Assembly: GCA_947449535.1 (NCBI GenBank)
Contig: CANFRP010000006.1
Coordinates: forward strand, 1,052 to 65,051
Origin: Actinomycetota bacterium
GTDB lineage: Bacteria > Actinomycetota > Actinomycetes > Nanopelagicales > Nanopelagicaceae
Direction: 5' to 3'
Length of the DNA: 64,000 bases
A program made the position numbers and the translations under genes. Shown here piece by piece: positions 1 to 10,647 of the stretch. How positions within the stretch are numbered: the first letter of the stretch is position 1; each line of letters starts with the position of its first letter. A model generated the notes under the pieces. That model saw nothing but the letters and a program-made list of their open reading frames with translations. It searched no databases and was not told where the DNA came from.

Positions 1-881
1 CACTTAACAAGATCCTCACAGCTGCTGGTTTCGTAACAGATATTCAGAACGCACAGAAGGACACAGCAAAGTTCGCAACAATCGCTGATCAACAACTCGC
101 TAAGGGTTGCGGCGTAATGATCATTGTTGATCTTCAAGGTGCTGGTGCAGGCGTTGCTAAGAAGGCAAAGGCTCAAGGCATTCCAGTTATCGCTTATGAC
201 CGCCCAATCGCTGGCGCTTCATACTACGTTTCATTCGACAACACAGTTGTTGGACAACTCGAAGGTCAGACAGTTGTTGACGGCCTCAAGGCTGCTGGCA
301 AGGATCCAAAGACAGCAAGCATTGTTTACTCATCAGGAGATCCTGCTGACGGCAACGCAAAGATGTTCCTTGATGGAGCACTTGCTGTTCTTAACAAGGC
401 TGGCGCAAAGGCTGCCTTCACAATGAAGGGAACATGGGACGGCCCAACAGCTGGAACATACTTCGAGCAGGCATTCACAGCTCTTAAGGGCAAGATCGAT
501 GCAGTACTTGCACCTAACGACAACAATGCAGCTGCAATGATTACAATCCTTAACAAGAACAAGCAGAAGGCAGTTATCTCAGGTCAGGATGCTTCAGTAG
601 CTGGTCTACAGAACGTTCTTCTTGGATACCAAGGCGCGACTGTTTACAAGCCATTCAAGGTCGAGGCAAAGGTAGCTGCTGATCTAGCAGTCAAGCTCCT
701 TAAGGGTGAGAAGCCAGTAGCTCCAAAGAAGCTCGCTGACGGAACTCCTTTCTTCGCATCTGCACCAATCTTGGTGAAGGCTGCAAACGTTCAGCAAGTA
801 GTTGCTGGCGGAGATGCAAAGGCATCAGACATCTGTACTGCAACTGTTAAGGCAGCTTGCACAAAGTACGGCGTCAAGTAA
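1..881 (+). CDS. Sugar (xylose/ribose-type, CUT2) ABC transporter substrate-binding protein, 5'-partial
   Basis: The reading frame is open from the window edge (frame 3, no stop from nt 3), so the Met at 117 in the track is internal. The sequence is type-I periplasmic-binding-protein-like ('GVMIIVDLQGAG','GIPVIAYDRP'). An ABC ATPase and permease follow. Every Lys codon is AAG, a high-expression bias. Confidence 0.85.
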   Translation, partial: LNKILTAAGFVTDIQNAQKDTAKFATIADQQLAKGCGVMIIVDLQGAGAGVAKKAKAQGIPVIAYDRPIAGASYYVSFDNTVVGQLEGQTVVDGLKAAGKDPKTASIVYSSGDPADGNAKMFLDGALAVLNKAGAKAAFTMKGTWDGPTAGTYFEQAFTALKGKIDAVLAPNDNNAAAMITILNKNKQKAVISGQDASVAGLQNVLLGYQGATVYKPFKVEAKVAADLAVKLLKGEKPVAPKKLADGTPFFASAPILVKAANVQQVVAGGDAKASDICTATVKAACTKYGVK

Positions 882-923
882 TCCCATTTATTGAACTTAA
901 CGTTCGATAGATAGCAGTTTGTC

Positions 924-955
924 GAGAACCTAGCGATTAAAACCGCTAGGTTCTC
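924..955 (+). terminator. Intercistronic stem-loop (attenuator/mRNA-stabilising hairpin) after the SBP gene
   Basis: Perfect 12-bp stem gagaacctagcg/cgctaggttctc (924-935/944-955) with an 8-nt loop. Only a short T run follows, so it is probably a partial terminator, as is typical after SBP genes. Confidence 0.4.
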
Positions 956-1024
956 TTCATTAATAGCGGTAATTAACTCAGCGCAAAAAGCGCCAAGAAG
1001 CGTGATTATTGAAAAGAGAACACC

Positions 1025-1780
1025 ATGTCATTTGATATTCCTGTAATTGAACTCAAAGGCGTAACAAAAAGCTTTGGTCCAGTTGACGTCCTTAAGGGAA
1101 TCGATTTCTCTGCATATGCAGGTCAAGTCACCGCCCTTGTCGGAGATAACGGCGCAGGTAAGTCCACGCTGATCAAGGGTCTTGCGGGAGTTCAGCCATA
1201 CGATGGCGGAGAAGTTCACTTTGCTGGCGGAATCGTCGAATTGAAGTCACCTTTAGACGCCGGTGAATTAGGTATTGAAGTTGTGTATCAGGATTTAGCA
1301 CTCTGCGAAAACCTAGACATTGTTCAAAATATGTTTCTCGGCAAAGAAGAACTCAAAGCAGCCACTCTCAATGAGCCACACATGGAATTACAGGCAGTTC
1401 AAGCCCTCGAAAGTCTCTCTGTAAAGACTGTTAAATCAGTTCGCCAAAAGGTTTCTTCACTCTCTGGTGGACAGCGCCAGACAGTTGCTATTGCACGTTC
1501 GGTTTTGCGAGATGCAAAAGTTGTGATTTTGGATGAGCCAACAGCAGCACTTGGTGTTGCCCAGACCGAACAAGTGCTCAACCTCGTTACTCGCTTGGCC
1601 GATAAAGGAGTTGCAGTAATTATTATTAGTCACAACCTTGGCGATGTTTTTAAAGTCGCCCACCAAATTTCAGTTCTTTACCTAGGAAAAATGGTTGCCA
1701 CTTTGAAAACTAAAGAAGTTACTTATGACGAAGTCGTCGCCTATATAACAGGCGCCAAAGGTCAGGAAGGTGCGAACTAA
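1025..1780 (+). CDS. Sugar ABC transporter ATP-binding protein (single NBD)
   Basis: Walker A 'GDNGAGKST', signature 'LSGGQRQ', Walker B 'VVILDEPT'. Its stop overlaps the next start (TAATG). Confidence 0.9.
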   Translation: MSFDIPVIELKGVTKSFGPVDVLKGIDFSAYAGQVTALVGDNGAGKSTLIKGLAGVQPYDGGEVHFAGGIVELKSPLDAGELGIEVVYQDLALCENLDIVQNMFLGKEELKAATLNEPHMELQAVQALESLSVKTVKSVRQKVSSLSGGQRQTVAIARSVLRDAKVVILDEPTAALGVAQTEQVLNLVTRLADKGVAVIIISHNLGDVFKVAHQISVLYLGKMVATLKTKEVTYDEVVAYITGAKGQEGAN

Positions 1781-3018
1781 TGTCTGACAAAGTCACCTCA
1801 CTTGCAAGTGGTCACGAAGGCACTCTCTATGATCAAACTCATGCATACCTACAGCGCCTAAGGGGCGGGGAGATGGGTTCACTTCCTGCCATCTTCGGAA
1901 TTCTCGTTCTCGCCGGTATCTTTGAAATCGCGAGCCCTTTCTTTATTACCAAGCTCAATTTTGCCAACCTCTTTGTGCAATCAGCAGAGCTAGCGATGCT
2001 TTCTGCTGCACTTGTCTTTGTGATTCTTCTTGGCGAAATCGACCTATCAGCTGGTGTTACTGCTGGTGTTGCTATGGCTGTCTTTATTGATCTTGTGAAG
2101 ACCCAACATTGGAATTGGATTCCCGCACTTGGCGCGGGTTTCTTTGCCGGTATTGCAATTGGCGCAGTCATTGGATTCATGGTCGCCAAAATCGGCGTCC
2201 CCTCATTCGTGGTGACGTTGGCATTCTTCTTGGGCTTCCAAGGAATGCAGCTTGTTCTCTTGGGCGAGGGCGGCGTATACCGCGTTGAAACTCCAGCAAT
2301 TTTGGCGATCATGAATAACAACTTGGCTGCCTGGGGTGGTTGGTTGATGCTGGTTATCGCACTCGCAGTTTCCTTTGTGATCTCACTCTTTGACCGCGCA
2401 CGACGGGCATCCTACGGATTGGTGAATAAGCCATTCTCGATGGTGATCATCAAGTTGGCAGGCATGGCGGTCATCGGTGGAATCTCCATCTATTACCTCA
2501 ACCTCAATCGCTCACAAGGATCTATTCCAATTAGTGGTGTTCCGATTGTTATTCCGATCAGTATTGCAATCTTATTTATCGGAACATTCGCTCTCGATCG
2601 CACTCGTTATGGTCGATATCTTTACGCTGTAGGTGGCAATCCAGAAGCTGCTCGACGTGCGGGAATTAAAGTTGTCGGGGTTCGAGTTATCGCCTTCATC
2701 ATTTGTGCAGTTTTAGCAGTTGTATCTGGCGTATTCCATGCCAGCCGAATCGGCAGTGTTGATGGATCTGCAGGCCACACCATCGTGCTCTCTGGCGTTG
2801 CCGCTGCAGTCGTTGGTGGCGTTAGCCTCTTTGGTGGGCGAGGACGACTTGCACACGCTGCGATCGGCGCGATCGTTATCTCCATGATCGATAACGGACT
2901 TGGCCTCCTACAGATGCCAGCAGGAATTAACTTCCTAGTACAAGGTGGAGTATTGCTGCTTGCAGCAACCATCGATGCTCTTGCACGTCGCCGCGGTGGA
3001 GTTGTCTCTCGAAACTAA
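1780..3018 (+). CDS. Sugar ABC transporter permease (XylH/RbsC-like)
   Basis: 412-aa polytopic protein with a BPD/branched-chain-type permease look and an N-terminal extension as in XylH. Translationally coupled to the ATPase. Confidence 0.85.
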   Translation: MSDKVTSLASGHEGTLYDQTHAYLQRLRGGEMGSLPAIFGILVLAGIFEIASPFFITKLNFANLFVQSAELAMLSAALVFVILLGEIDLSAGVTAGVAMAVFIDLVKTQHWNWIPALGAGFFAGIAIGAVIGFMVAKIGVPSFVVTLAFFLGFQGMQLVLLGEGGVYRVETPAILAIMNNNLAAWGGWLMLVIALAVSFVISLFDRARRASYGLVNKPFSMVIIKLAGMAVIGGISIYYLNLNRSQGSIPISGVPIVIPISIAILFIGTFALDRTRYGRYLYAVGGNPEAARRAGIKVVGVRVIAFIICAVLAVVSGVFHASRIGSVDGSAGHTIVLSGVAAAVVGGVSLFGGRGRLAHAAIGAIVISMIDNGLGLLQMPAGINFLVQGGVLLLAATIDALARRRGGVVSRN

Positions 3019-3034
3019 TTGCAAGGTAGTAAGG

Positions 3035-3080
3035 AAATCGATCGCAATCCGTTATCTAGGGTGCGATCGATTTTTCTTTT
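3035..3080 (+). terminator. Rho-independent terminator of the sugar ABC operon, embedded in the 3' end of the convergent blh gene
   Basis: Perfect 12-bp stem aaatcgatcgca/tgcgatcgattt (3035-3046/3062-3073) with a 15-nt loop, followed by ttcttttag. The 3' arm and T tract lie inside the last blh codons (blh stop at 3056-3058). Confidence 0.6.
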
Positions 3081-4030
3081 AGTGAACGAATGTCGAATCT
3101 GAATGTTGCAAGCATATGTGGGACGGTGAGCGCCCAAACGATCGCGAGGAGCGACCACAGAGCGGTCTTGCTCAGTCCACCAGTGGTTGTTAGAGAAAGT
3201 ATGAGACCAAGAACTACAGCGCCTACTAAAGAAGGTAGCCCTGGAATAATCGCGCGCATAACAGCCTGCTTGGGATTTCCTTCCTGCAGCGCCGATCGGG
3301 AAGAATCCAATAAGAGAGTTAGTCGCGCTGTGTGACGAGTTGCATGCCAGCAGCCGAAATAAACGGCAAAAGCAATTAGAGGTGGCGTTAAAAGTGCAAG
3401 CGCCAGAAGGAGCAACAAATCAATTCCTTCGGCAATCCGCTTCATCGCCAGAAAGATTACAACTGCTATTAAAGCTATCGCTATAACTGTCATTTTCAGT
3501 GAATGAGAGAAGCTTGCCGCCCAATCAATTAATTTGGGATTTATATCTTTAAGCGCGCTATTGCTCTTGGGGTGAAGTAATGGAAGGAGTACGGGGGTAA
3601 GCCCGGCAGCAAGCAGATAGAGCGGCCGCAATATGGATGGGATCTCTTTCTTCCCCGCTAAGTGATCAGATTCAGTGATGTAAGTGAGATCGCCAATACC
3701 AAAGTGAAAAGCGCTCATCCAGACGACAACTTCAAATCCCCATCTATTCCAATGCAAGATGCCTGCCAATGCAAGCAATGCAATGAGAGTGTAGATAACG
3801 ACGAAGGTGGCAAAGCGTGCTGGATTACCTTTCGGAATTGAGATGAGATGGTCGATCGCCCCGTGCGGAATGCCAAGTGCCAGAGCGATAAAAGCGACGG
3901 TGAGCTGCCAAGTTAAATTGTTATCGGCAATAAATCCACGAAATATGGCGGATAGCGCGATTGCGACTAGAACGGCCAGCCGAGAAAATAATCGAATTCG
4001 CCCGTAGATAAGAATTGCGGTTTGATTCAT
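3056..4030 (-). CDS. blh: Brp/Blh-family beta-carotene 15,15'-dioxygenase (retinal synthesis)
   Basis: 324-aa polytopic protein with the 'GIPHGAIDH' motif and further conserved His residues ('WMSAFHFG','GCWHATRH','TVPHM'). Located next to lycopene cyclase and the opsin. Confidence 0.85.
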   Translation of the reverse strand: MNQTAILIYGRIRLFSRLAVLVAIALSAIFRGFIADNNLTWQLTVAFIALALGIPHGAIDHLISIPKGNPARFATFVVIYTLIALLALAGILHWNRWGFEVVVWMSAFHFGIGDLTYITESDHLAGKKEIPSILRPLYLLAAGLTPVLLPLLHPKSNSALKDINPKLIDWAASFSHSLKMTVIAIALIAVVIFLAMKRIAEGIDLLLLLALALLTPPLIAFAVYFGCWHATRHTARLTLLLDSSRSALQEGNPKQAVMRAIIPGLPSLVGAVVLGLILSLTTTGGLSKTALWSLLAIVWALTVPHMLATFRFDIRSLKEKSIAP

Positions 4031-4074
4031 AGTCCTATCCTAGACAAATTGGCTTTAGAGAGAAGAATATTGCC

Positions 4075-4413
4075 GTGATTCATTGGAGCTACATGGGGAT
4101 GCTGGGCTTTACCATCGTTGGATCTTTCTGGCTGGAATTGGTTTTTAAAGTACGGGTACTTCGCCGGTTTCGCCGTTTGCTCAAGAGTTTGTTACCTGCG
4201 GCAATTCTCTTTCTTGGGTGGGATGCCTACGCAATCGCTCACAATCATTGGCACTTTGACTTCCATCAAATGCTGGGGATTATTGGACCATTTAACATTC
4301 CACTTGAAGAGTATCTATTCTTCATCATTATTCCTATCGCCTCAATCATGACTCTTGAAGGAGTTCGTAAAGTCCAATCTCATTGGAAGGTAGGTGACGA
4401 GGATGATCTATAG
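4075..4413 (+). CDS. crtYc: Lycopene beta-cyclase subunit (heterodimeric type), CrtYc
   Basis: 112 aa, about 3 TM, with the lycopene-cyclase-domain motif 'PLEEYLFF'. GTG start. Overlaps the partner gene. Confidence 0.8.
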   Translation: MIHWSYMGMLGFTIVGSFWLELVFKVRVLRRFRRLLKSLLPAAILFLGWDAYAIAHNHWHFDFHQMLGIIGPFNIPLEEYLFFIIIPIASIMTLEGVRKVQSHWKVGDEDDL

Positions 4414-4705
4414 TGACATAACTATTGCTGCACTTATTTTCGCGGTATTCCTCGATCTCTATATCCTTAAAACTCAACTCTTAACAAAGATGGTCTTTTG
4501 GACTTCCTACGCAATCATCTTTCCGATGCAACTCATCACCAATTGGTGGCTTACTTCCAGAAATATTGTGATGTATGACCCCAAGGTCATTATTGGACGT
4601 CGGCTTGCTGGTGCGCCAATCGAGGATCTGCTCTTTGGATTTGCCTTGATTATTTCAGTGATGTCACTCTGGGTATTTAATGGGAAGCGTTCACATAAAA
4701 AGTAA
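4394..4705 (+). CDS. crtYd: Lycopene beta-cyclase subunit (heterodimeric type), CrtYd
   Basis: 103 aa with the motif 'APIEDLLFG'. The start may be GTG at 4394 or the in-frame ATG at 4403. Overlaps crtYc. Confidence 0.8.
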   Translation: MTRMIYSDITIAALIFAVFLDLYILKTQLLTKMVFWTSYAIIFPMQLITNWWLTSRNIVMYDPKVIIGRRLAGAPIEDLLFGFALIISVMSLWVFNGKRSHKK

Positions 4706-4707
4706 AA

Positions 4708-4947
4708 TTAATTATTGATAAAGGAATAGACCACAAGTGCGGCAGCGATAATTCCCACAGAAATCTTGACGTTCTTGCTCTCTAAAATCTTTTGAGTGCC
4801 TTTTATAAATGTTGCTGCAAGGAGCAAAAGGCCAGGAATAACGATGACCAAGCTATGTGTGATTACATTGGAATGTCCAGTCTGATAACGCATATTAATC
4901 AAGCCGAGTGCTACCAACAGATATCCGGTATAGCGAAGATTCGTCAT
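4708..4947 (-). CDS. Small hypothetical membrane protein (3 predicted TM), no recognised family
   Basis: ATG start with AGGA 7 nt upstream. Three hydrophobic helices. Preferred over the overlapping + ORF 4792..4989, whose product is not protein-like. Confidence 0.5.
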   Translation of the reverse strand: MTNLRYTGYLLVALGLINMRYQTGHSNVITHSLVIVIPGLLLLAATFIKGTQKILESKNVKISVGIIAAALVVYSFINN

Positions 4948-4994
4948 ATAACAATCCTATCTACCAACAGGAATATTCTTAGTAATTAAAAGCA

Positions 4995-5024
4995 GAGGGG
5001 GCGCCGAATAATCGACGCCCCCTC
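4995..5024 (-). terminator. Rho-independent terminator of the actinorhodopsin gene
   Basis: GC-rich 9-bp stem gagggggcg/cgccccctc with a 12-nt loop. On the minus strand it is followed by UGCUUUUAAUU. It lies 15 nt after the opsin stop. Confidence 0.65.
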
Positions 5025-5038
5025 AACTTATTTACTTA

Positions 5039-5830
5039 TTAGTGATCGTCCTTCATACCTTCTGCGATTGACTTCATACGAGCAATCTTGTAGATGGTTA
5101 GGCCGAATACGCACTTTGCAAGTACGTCTGCGATTGTGTATCCAATCTGGCGATCAGTGAAGAGCGTCGCCAACTGAGTAGGGCTTGGTTCTTTGATCAA
5201 GATTGGAAGGAGGTAGGAGATTGGGTAAACGCCCCATGTTGCGATCAAGAGAAGACGCAAGCGTCCTACAGTTGCTGCAACACCTTCTGGCTGGCGATCC
5301 AATGACTTACCAAGCTCTACGAACAATACGTAAAGAATGTAGAGGAATGGAATTGTTGAAAGGATGCCCCAAAGGACCTTTGTTCCGTTGTTTGTTGAAA
5401 TCTCACCTGGGTAACCCAAGATAATCATTGCTGCAGATGCAGGAACAAGGCGCATCATCATTGACTTTGAAGCGGCCTTTGCAAGTGCAAGAACTGCTAC
5501 AACTTCAACGAGAAGTAGTGGAACGGTAAGGATCCAGTCAACGTAGCGATATGCCTCGTTGAATGTTCCTTGTGCTGTTCCAGCCATGACAGTGCTATGG
5601 CCCATATCGCCTGGCTTTGTTGAATCGTTAAATGAATTGAAGATACGGAAATAGTGATATCCAGCAATGAATGTAACCATTGAAGACATAACTAGCGCTC
5701 CGCGGTACTTTGAAGCTACGCGTGACTGTGACACAAGTGTGAACACTGTGCAGGCAAGCATCGCAATCAGTCCGAAAGAGAAGATGTTATACAGCGAGCT
5801 AAATTGCGTTGCCGTAAGATCGATTTGCAT
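5039..5830 (-). CDS. actR: Actinorhodopsin (xanthorhodopsin-type light-driven proton pump)
   Basis: 7-TM protein. 'RYVDWILTVPLLLVE' carries the DTE triad, with Leu at the PR-105 tuning site. Schiff-base Lys in 'ADVLAKCVFG'. 'GYHYFRI' His. 'LWGILST' Gly corresponds to XR G156. Strong SD GGAGG. 10 of 11 Lys codons are AAG. Confidence 0.95.
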   Translation of the reverse strand: MQIDLTATQFSSLYNIFSFGLIAMLACTVFTLVSQSRVASKYRGALVMSSMVTFIAGYHYFRIFNSFNDSTKPGDMGHSTVMAGTAQGTFNEAYRYVDWILTVPLLLVEVVAVLALAKAASKSMMMRLVPASAAMIILGYPGEISTNNGTKVLWGILSTIPFLYILYVLFVELGKSLDRQPEGVAATVGRLRLLLIATWGVYPISYLLPILIKEPSPTQLATLFTDRQIGYTIADVLAKCVFGLTIYKIARMKSIAEGMKDDH

Positions 5831-5952
5831 TTATACCTCCGTGAGATTTCTGCTGACCCCGTTTAGAGCCAGAGACACAGAGGCGCATGACTCAAGGGGA
5901 GAGCACGCCGCTGTGATTGGGAATATCATCCCTTGATCGGTCATTTTTTTCA

Positions 5953-5994
5953 GCAAATTCGCAACAAATTTGCAGAATAAACTTTAAGTTTATT
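5953..5994. promoter_or_regulatory. Two adjacent perfect palindromes upstream of actR (candidate operator sites or the udg 3' stem-loops)
   Basis: GCAAATT-N7-AATTTGC (5953-5959/5967-5973) and AATAAACT-N3-AGTTTATT (5976-5983/5987-5994). The second overlaps the udg stop codon. No U-tract follows on the transcribed strand. Confidence 0.3.
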
Positions 5995-6689
5995 GAGCCC
6001 TTTTCGACCCCCTCGTGGCGGTCAGAATCACCCGGTCAAGCATTTTCTCCGTTAGCTTCCCGGTAAAAGTGTTCTGTTGGCTGGGATGATAGCTACTGAC
6101 TATCACTACCTTCTTGCCCTCTGGCGAGAGCGCCGTGAACTTATGGCCATGGCCAAATTTGGGAACTGGATTGGGGATCTCAAAACCGAGAACTCGAAGC
6201 TGGGGAATGAGCGCAGTAAATGCAAAATTTCCAAGGACGATGATGGAGTTCATGGTTGGCAGTAACAGCTCTAATTCCCGGTGCATGAATGGCGCACACG
6301 TGGACTTCTCTTCATTGCTGGGCTTGTTATCTGGTGGTGCACATCGGACTGCGCAGAGGATGCGAGTATTAATTAATTCTTGGCCATCATTCTTACTTGT
6401 ACTTGTGGGAATTTTTGCAAGTCCTGCTTTATGAAGCGCGCGATACAACCAATCCCCTGAACTATCGCCAGTAAAGATACGTCCAGTGCGATTAGCGCCA
6501 TGTGCGCCCGGGGCTAATCCAATGATGACGATCTCTGCATCAGATGGGCCAAACCCTGGAATTGGCTTTCCCCAATATTTTTCATTCTCATAAGACTTAC
6601 GTTTAGTGATCGCTACCTCTTCGCGCCACTCAACTAATCGCGGACAGAGCGTGCAGGCAACAACCGCTTTATCTAATTGAGCAAGGTTC

Positions 6690-6703
<14 letters not shown>
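5990..6703 (-). CDS. Uracil-DNA glycosylase, family 4/5 (Fe-S type, UdgB-like)
   Basis: 'CTLCPRL' Cys pair and the 'GLAPGAHGANRTGRIFTGD' motif. Apparent TTG start overlapping the ppx 3' end by 14 nt. Confidence 0.8.
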
Positions 6704-7661
<958 letters not shown>

Positions 7662-8177
7662 TTACTTCGCCTCAGTATTTTCATTGTTGGTGCACGGATC
7701 TTTCAACCACCATTGTGGCAATGCCGATAGCGCTTCATCGCCAAAAGGATTAACGCCTTCTCCTGCGGCAAGTGAGTGCGCAACTAAGGAGTGCAGACAT
7801 TTCACGCGAGTGGGCATACCTCCTGCTGTGATTCCTTTTACTTCTGGTACATCTATTCCAAGTGCGCTTCGTGCTGCTTCGTAATCATCGTGTGCCGCAG
7901 CGTAAGCGCCCGCCAATTCAGGATCTGTACTAAGTCGTGCCTCTTGCGCGGCCATCATTCCGGTCGTCTCTAAAGTGGAAATGCTGGCCGTTAATCGGGG
8001 GCAAGTGGCGTAATAGAAAGTGGGAAAGGGAGTTCCATCGGAGAGGCGAGGTGGGGTTTCGACAACTGCGGGATTGCCGCAAGGGCAACGATAAGCAATT
8101 GCATGGACATCTCGAGGAGTGCGACCGAGTTGTTGCTCGATTGCTAATAAATCCACTGGGGTTGGTTTTTCACTCAC
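7662..8177 (-). CDS. DUF501-domain protein
   Basis: 171 aa with 'RCPCGNP' and 'ATCPRL' Cys motifs. Occupies the conserved actinobacterial position between ftsB and ppx. Confidence 0.7.
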   Translation of the reverse strand: MSEKPTPVDLLAIEQQLGRTPRDVHAIAYRCPCGNPAVVETPPRLSDGTPFPTFYYATCPRLTASISTLETTGMMAAQEARLSTDPELAGAYAAAHDDYEAARSALGIDVPEVKGITAGGMPTRVKCLHSLVAHSLAAGEGVNPFGDEALSALPQWWLKDPCTNNENTEAK

Positions 8178-8186
8178 GTGCGTATC

Positions 8187-8612
8187 TTACGGATTAGCAT
8201 TTGTAGAAGTAATTGATGCGACTAATCGGCCATACCAAGGAAGACCTGTTGGAATTTGATTTGATACGGGCGCAGCGGGTGCGCCTTTTTGATCCTCAGT
8301 TTTTCCAGTATTCAAAATAATGTATTGGCGCTCACCAGGAAAGACGAAGTGAAGGCGGGTACGGGCCTGAGATGCCACATATGCGGGATCGTTCCAGCGA
8401 GCAAGATCCTTCTTGGCTTCTTCTAATTGTGCGCCGGCATCATGTAATTGAGCCCGAAGAGCGTTGATTTGTGCGCGCTGAGTGAAATAGCGCTGCATCG
8501 GTGGTGCGAGTGTGATGGCGAGAATAAAGAGAACCGAAACAAAAACTAAGACTCGACCAGAAATCCCCCGACTCTGCAAAAGCGAGGCGAGGGATTTCTG
8601 GTCTGAAGCCAT
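8187..8612 (-). CDS. ftsB: Septum formation initiator (FtsB/DivIC family)
   Basis: N-terminal TM followed by a coiled coil ('RAQINALRAQLHDAGAQLEEAKKDLARW'). Located directly downstream of eno. Confidence 0.8.
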   Translation of the reverse strand: MASDQKSLASLLQSRGISGRVLVFVSVLFILAITLAPPMQRYFTQRAQINALRAQLHDAGAQLEEAKKDLARWNDPAYVASQARTRLHFVFPGERQYIILNTGKTEDQKGAPAAPVSNQIPTGLPWYGRLVASITSTNANP

Positions 8613-8635
8613 CTTGCTATTTATTAATTTCTAAC

Positions 8636-9922
<1,287 letters not shown>

Positions 9923-9978
9923 CTATTAATTCCAACAAAATAATCGCGGCCACTTTGCCGCAAAGTTATGACCTAATT

Positions 9979-10638
9979 CTATCGGTTGGATTGGGCTTCG
10001 AGATCGCGAATTGAGGCGATATAGCGCTTGCTAGCCCCGCGTAGCGCAGCTTCTGGATCGATCCCAGCCGAGATTGCCTGATCAATAATGCCAAGAAGTA
10101 GATCTCCGAGCTGATCTTCAGTAATTTTTGGATCAATCACAACCGAATGGTCTACTTCAATTTTATGGCCAAACTTTTCCGCCCGATAAATCATTTTAGA
10201 GATCAATGGAAGGGCTGGCTGTCCGAGTGGAACACCATCGGTTGCAGATGTGCGCCCCTTCTCCTCCGCTTTGATGGCTTCCCAATTTTCGAGCACTTGG
10301 GCACTTGAAGTCACCTTTGTGTCCCCGAAGACGTGGGGATGGCGGCGTACCAATTTCTCAGCAACAACAGTTGCGACATCCTCAACACTAAATGGATCGG
10401 TGGGATGTTCTTCCGCCATCCGCGCATGGAAGAAGACTTGAAGAAGTACATCACCAAGTTCTTCCCGCATCTCAGTGCGATCGCCCTTTTCGACGGCATC
10501 GATAAATTCGTATGACTCTTCCAATAAATATTTCAGGAGCGATTCATGTGTTTGCTCGGCATCCCATGGACACCCACCCGGAGATCGAAGAGTGTTCATT
10601 ACCTCACGTAAGTGAAGAAGAGGAGATTGCTCCGACAT
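9979..10638 (-). CDS. mazG: MazG nucleoside triphosphate pyrophosphohydrolase
   Basis: 'CPWDAEQTHESL...EESYE' and the 'EELGDVLLQV' EXXE motifs. Confidence 0.9.
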   Translation of the reverse strand: MSEQSPLLHLREVMNTLRSPGGCPWDAEQTHESLLKYLLEESYEFIDAVEKGDRTEMREELGDVLLQVFFHARMAEEHPTDPFSVEDVATVVAEKLVRRHPHVFGDTKVTSSAQVLENWEAIKAEEKGRTSATDGVPLGQPALPLISKMIYRAEKFGHKIEVDHSVVIDPKITEDQLGDLLLGIIDQAISAGIDPEAALRGASKRYIASIRDLEAQSNR

Positions 10639-10647
10639 AACTCTAAA

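Noticed and set aside
4792-4989. 65-aa + strand ORF overlapping the 79-aa minus-strand membrane ORF
   Set aside because: The product (Cys/Lys/Asn-rich, no hydrophobic core, no SD) is not protein-like. It would also read through the actR terminator hairpin. The minus-strand ORF has three clean TM helices.
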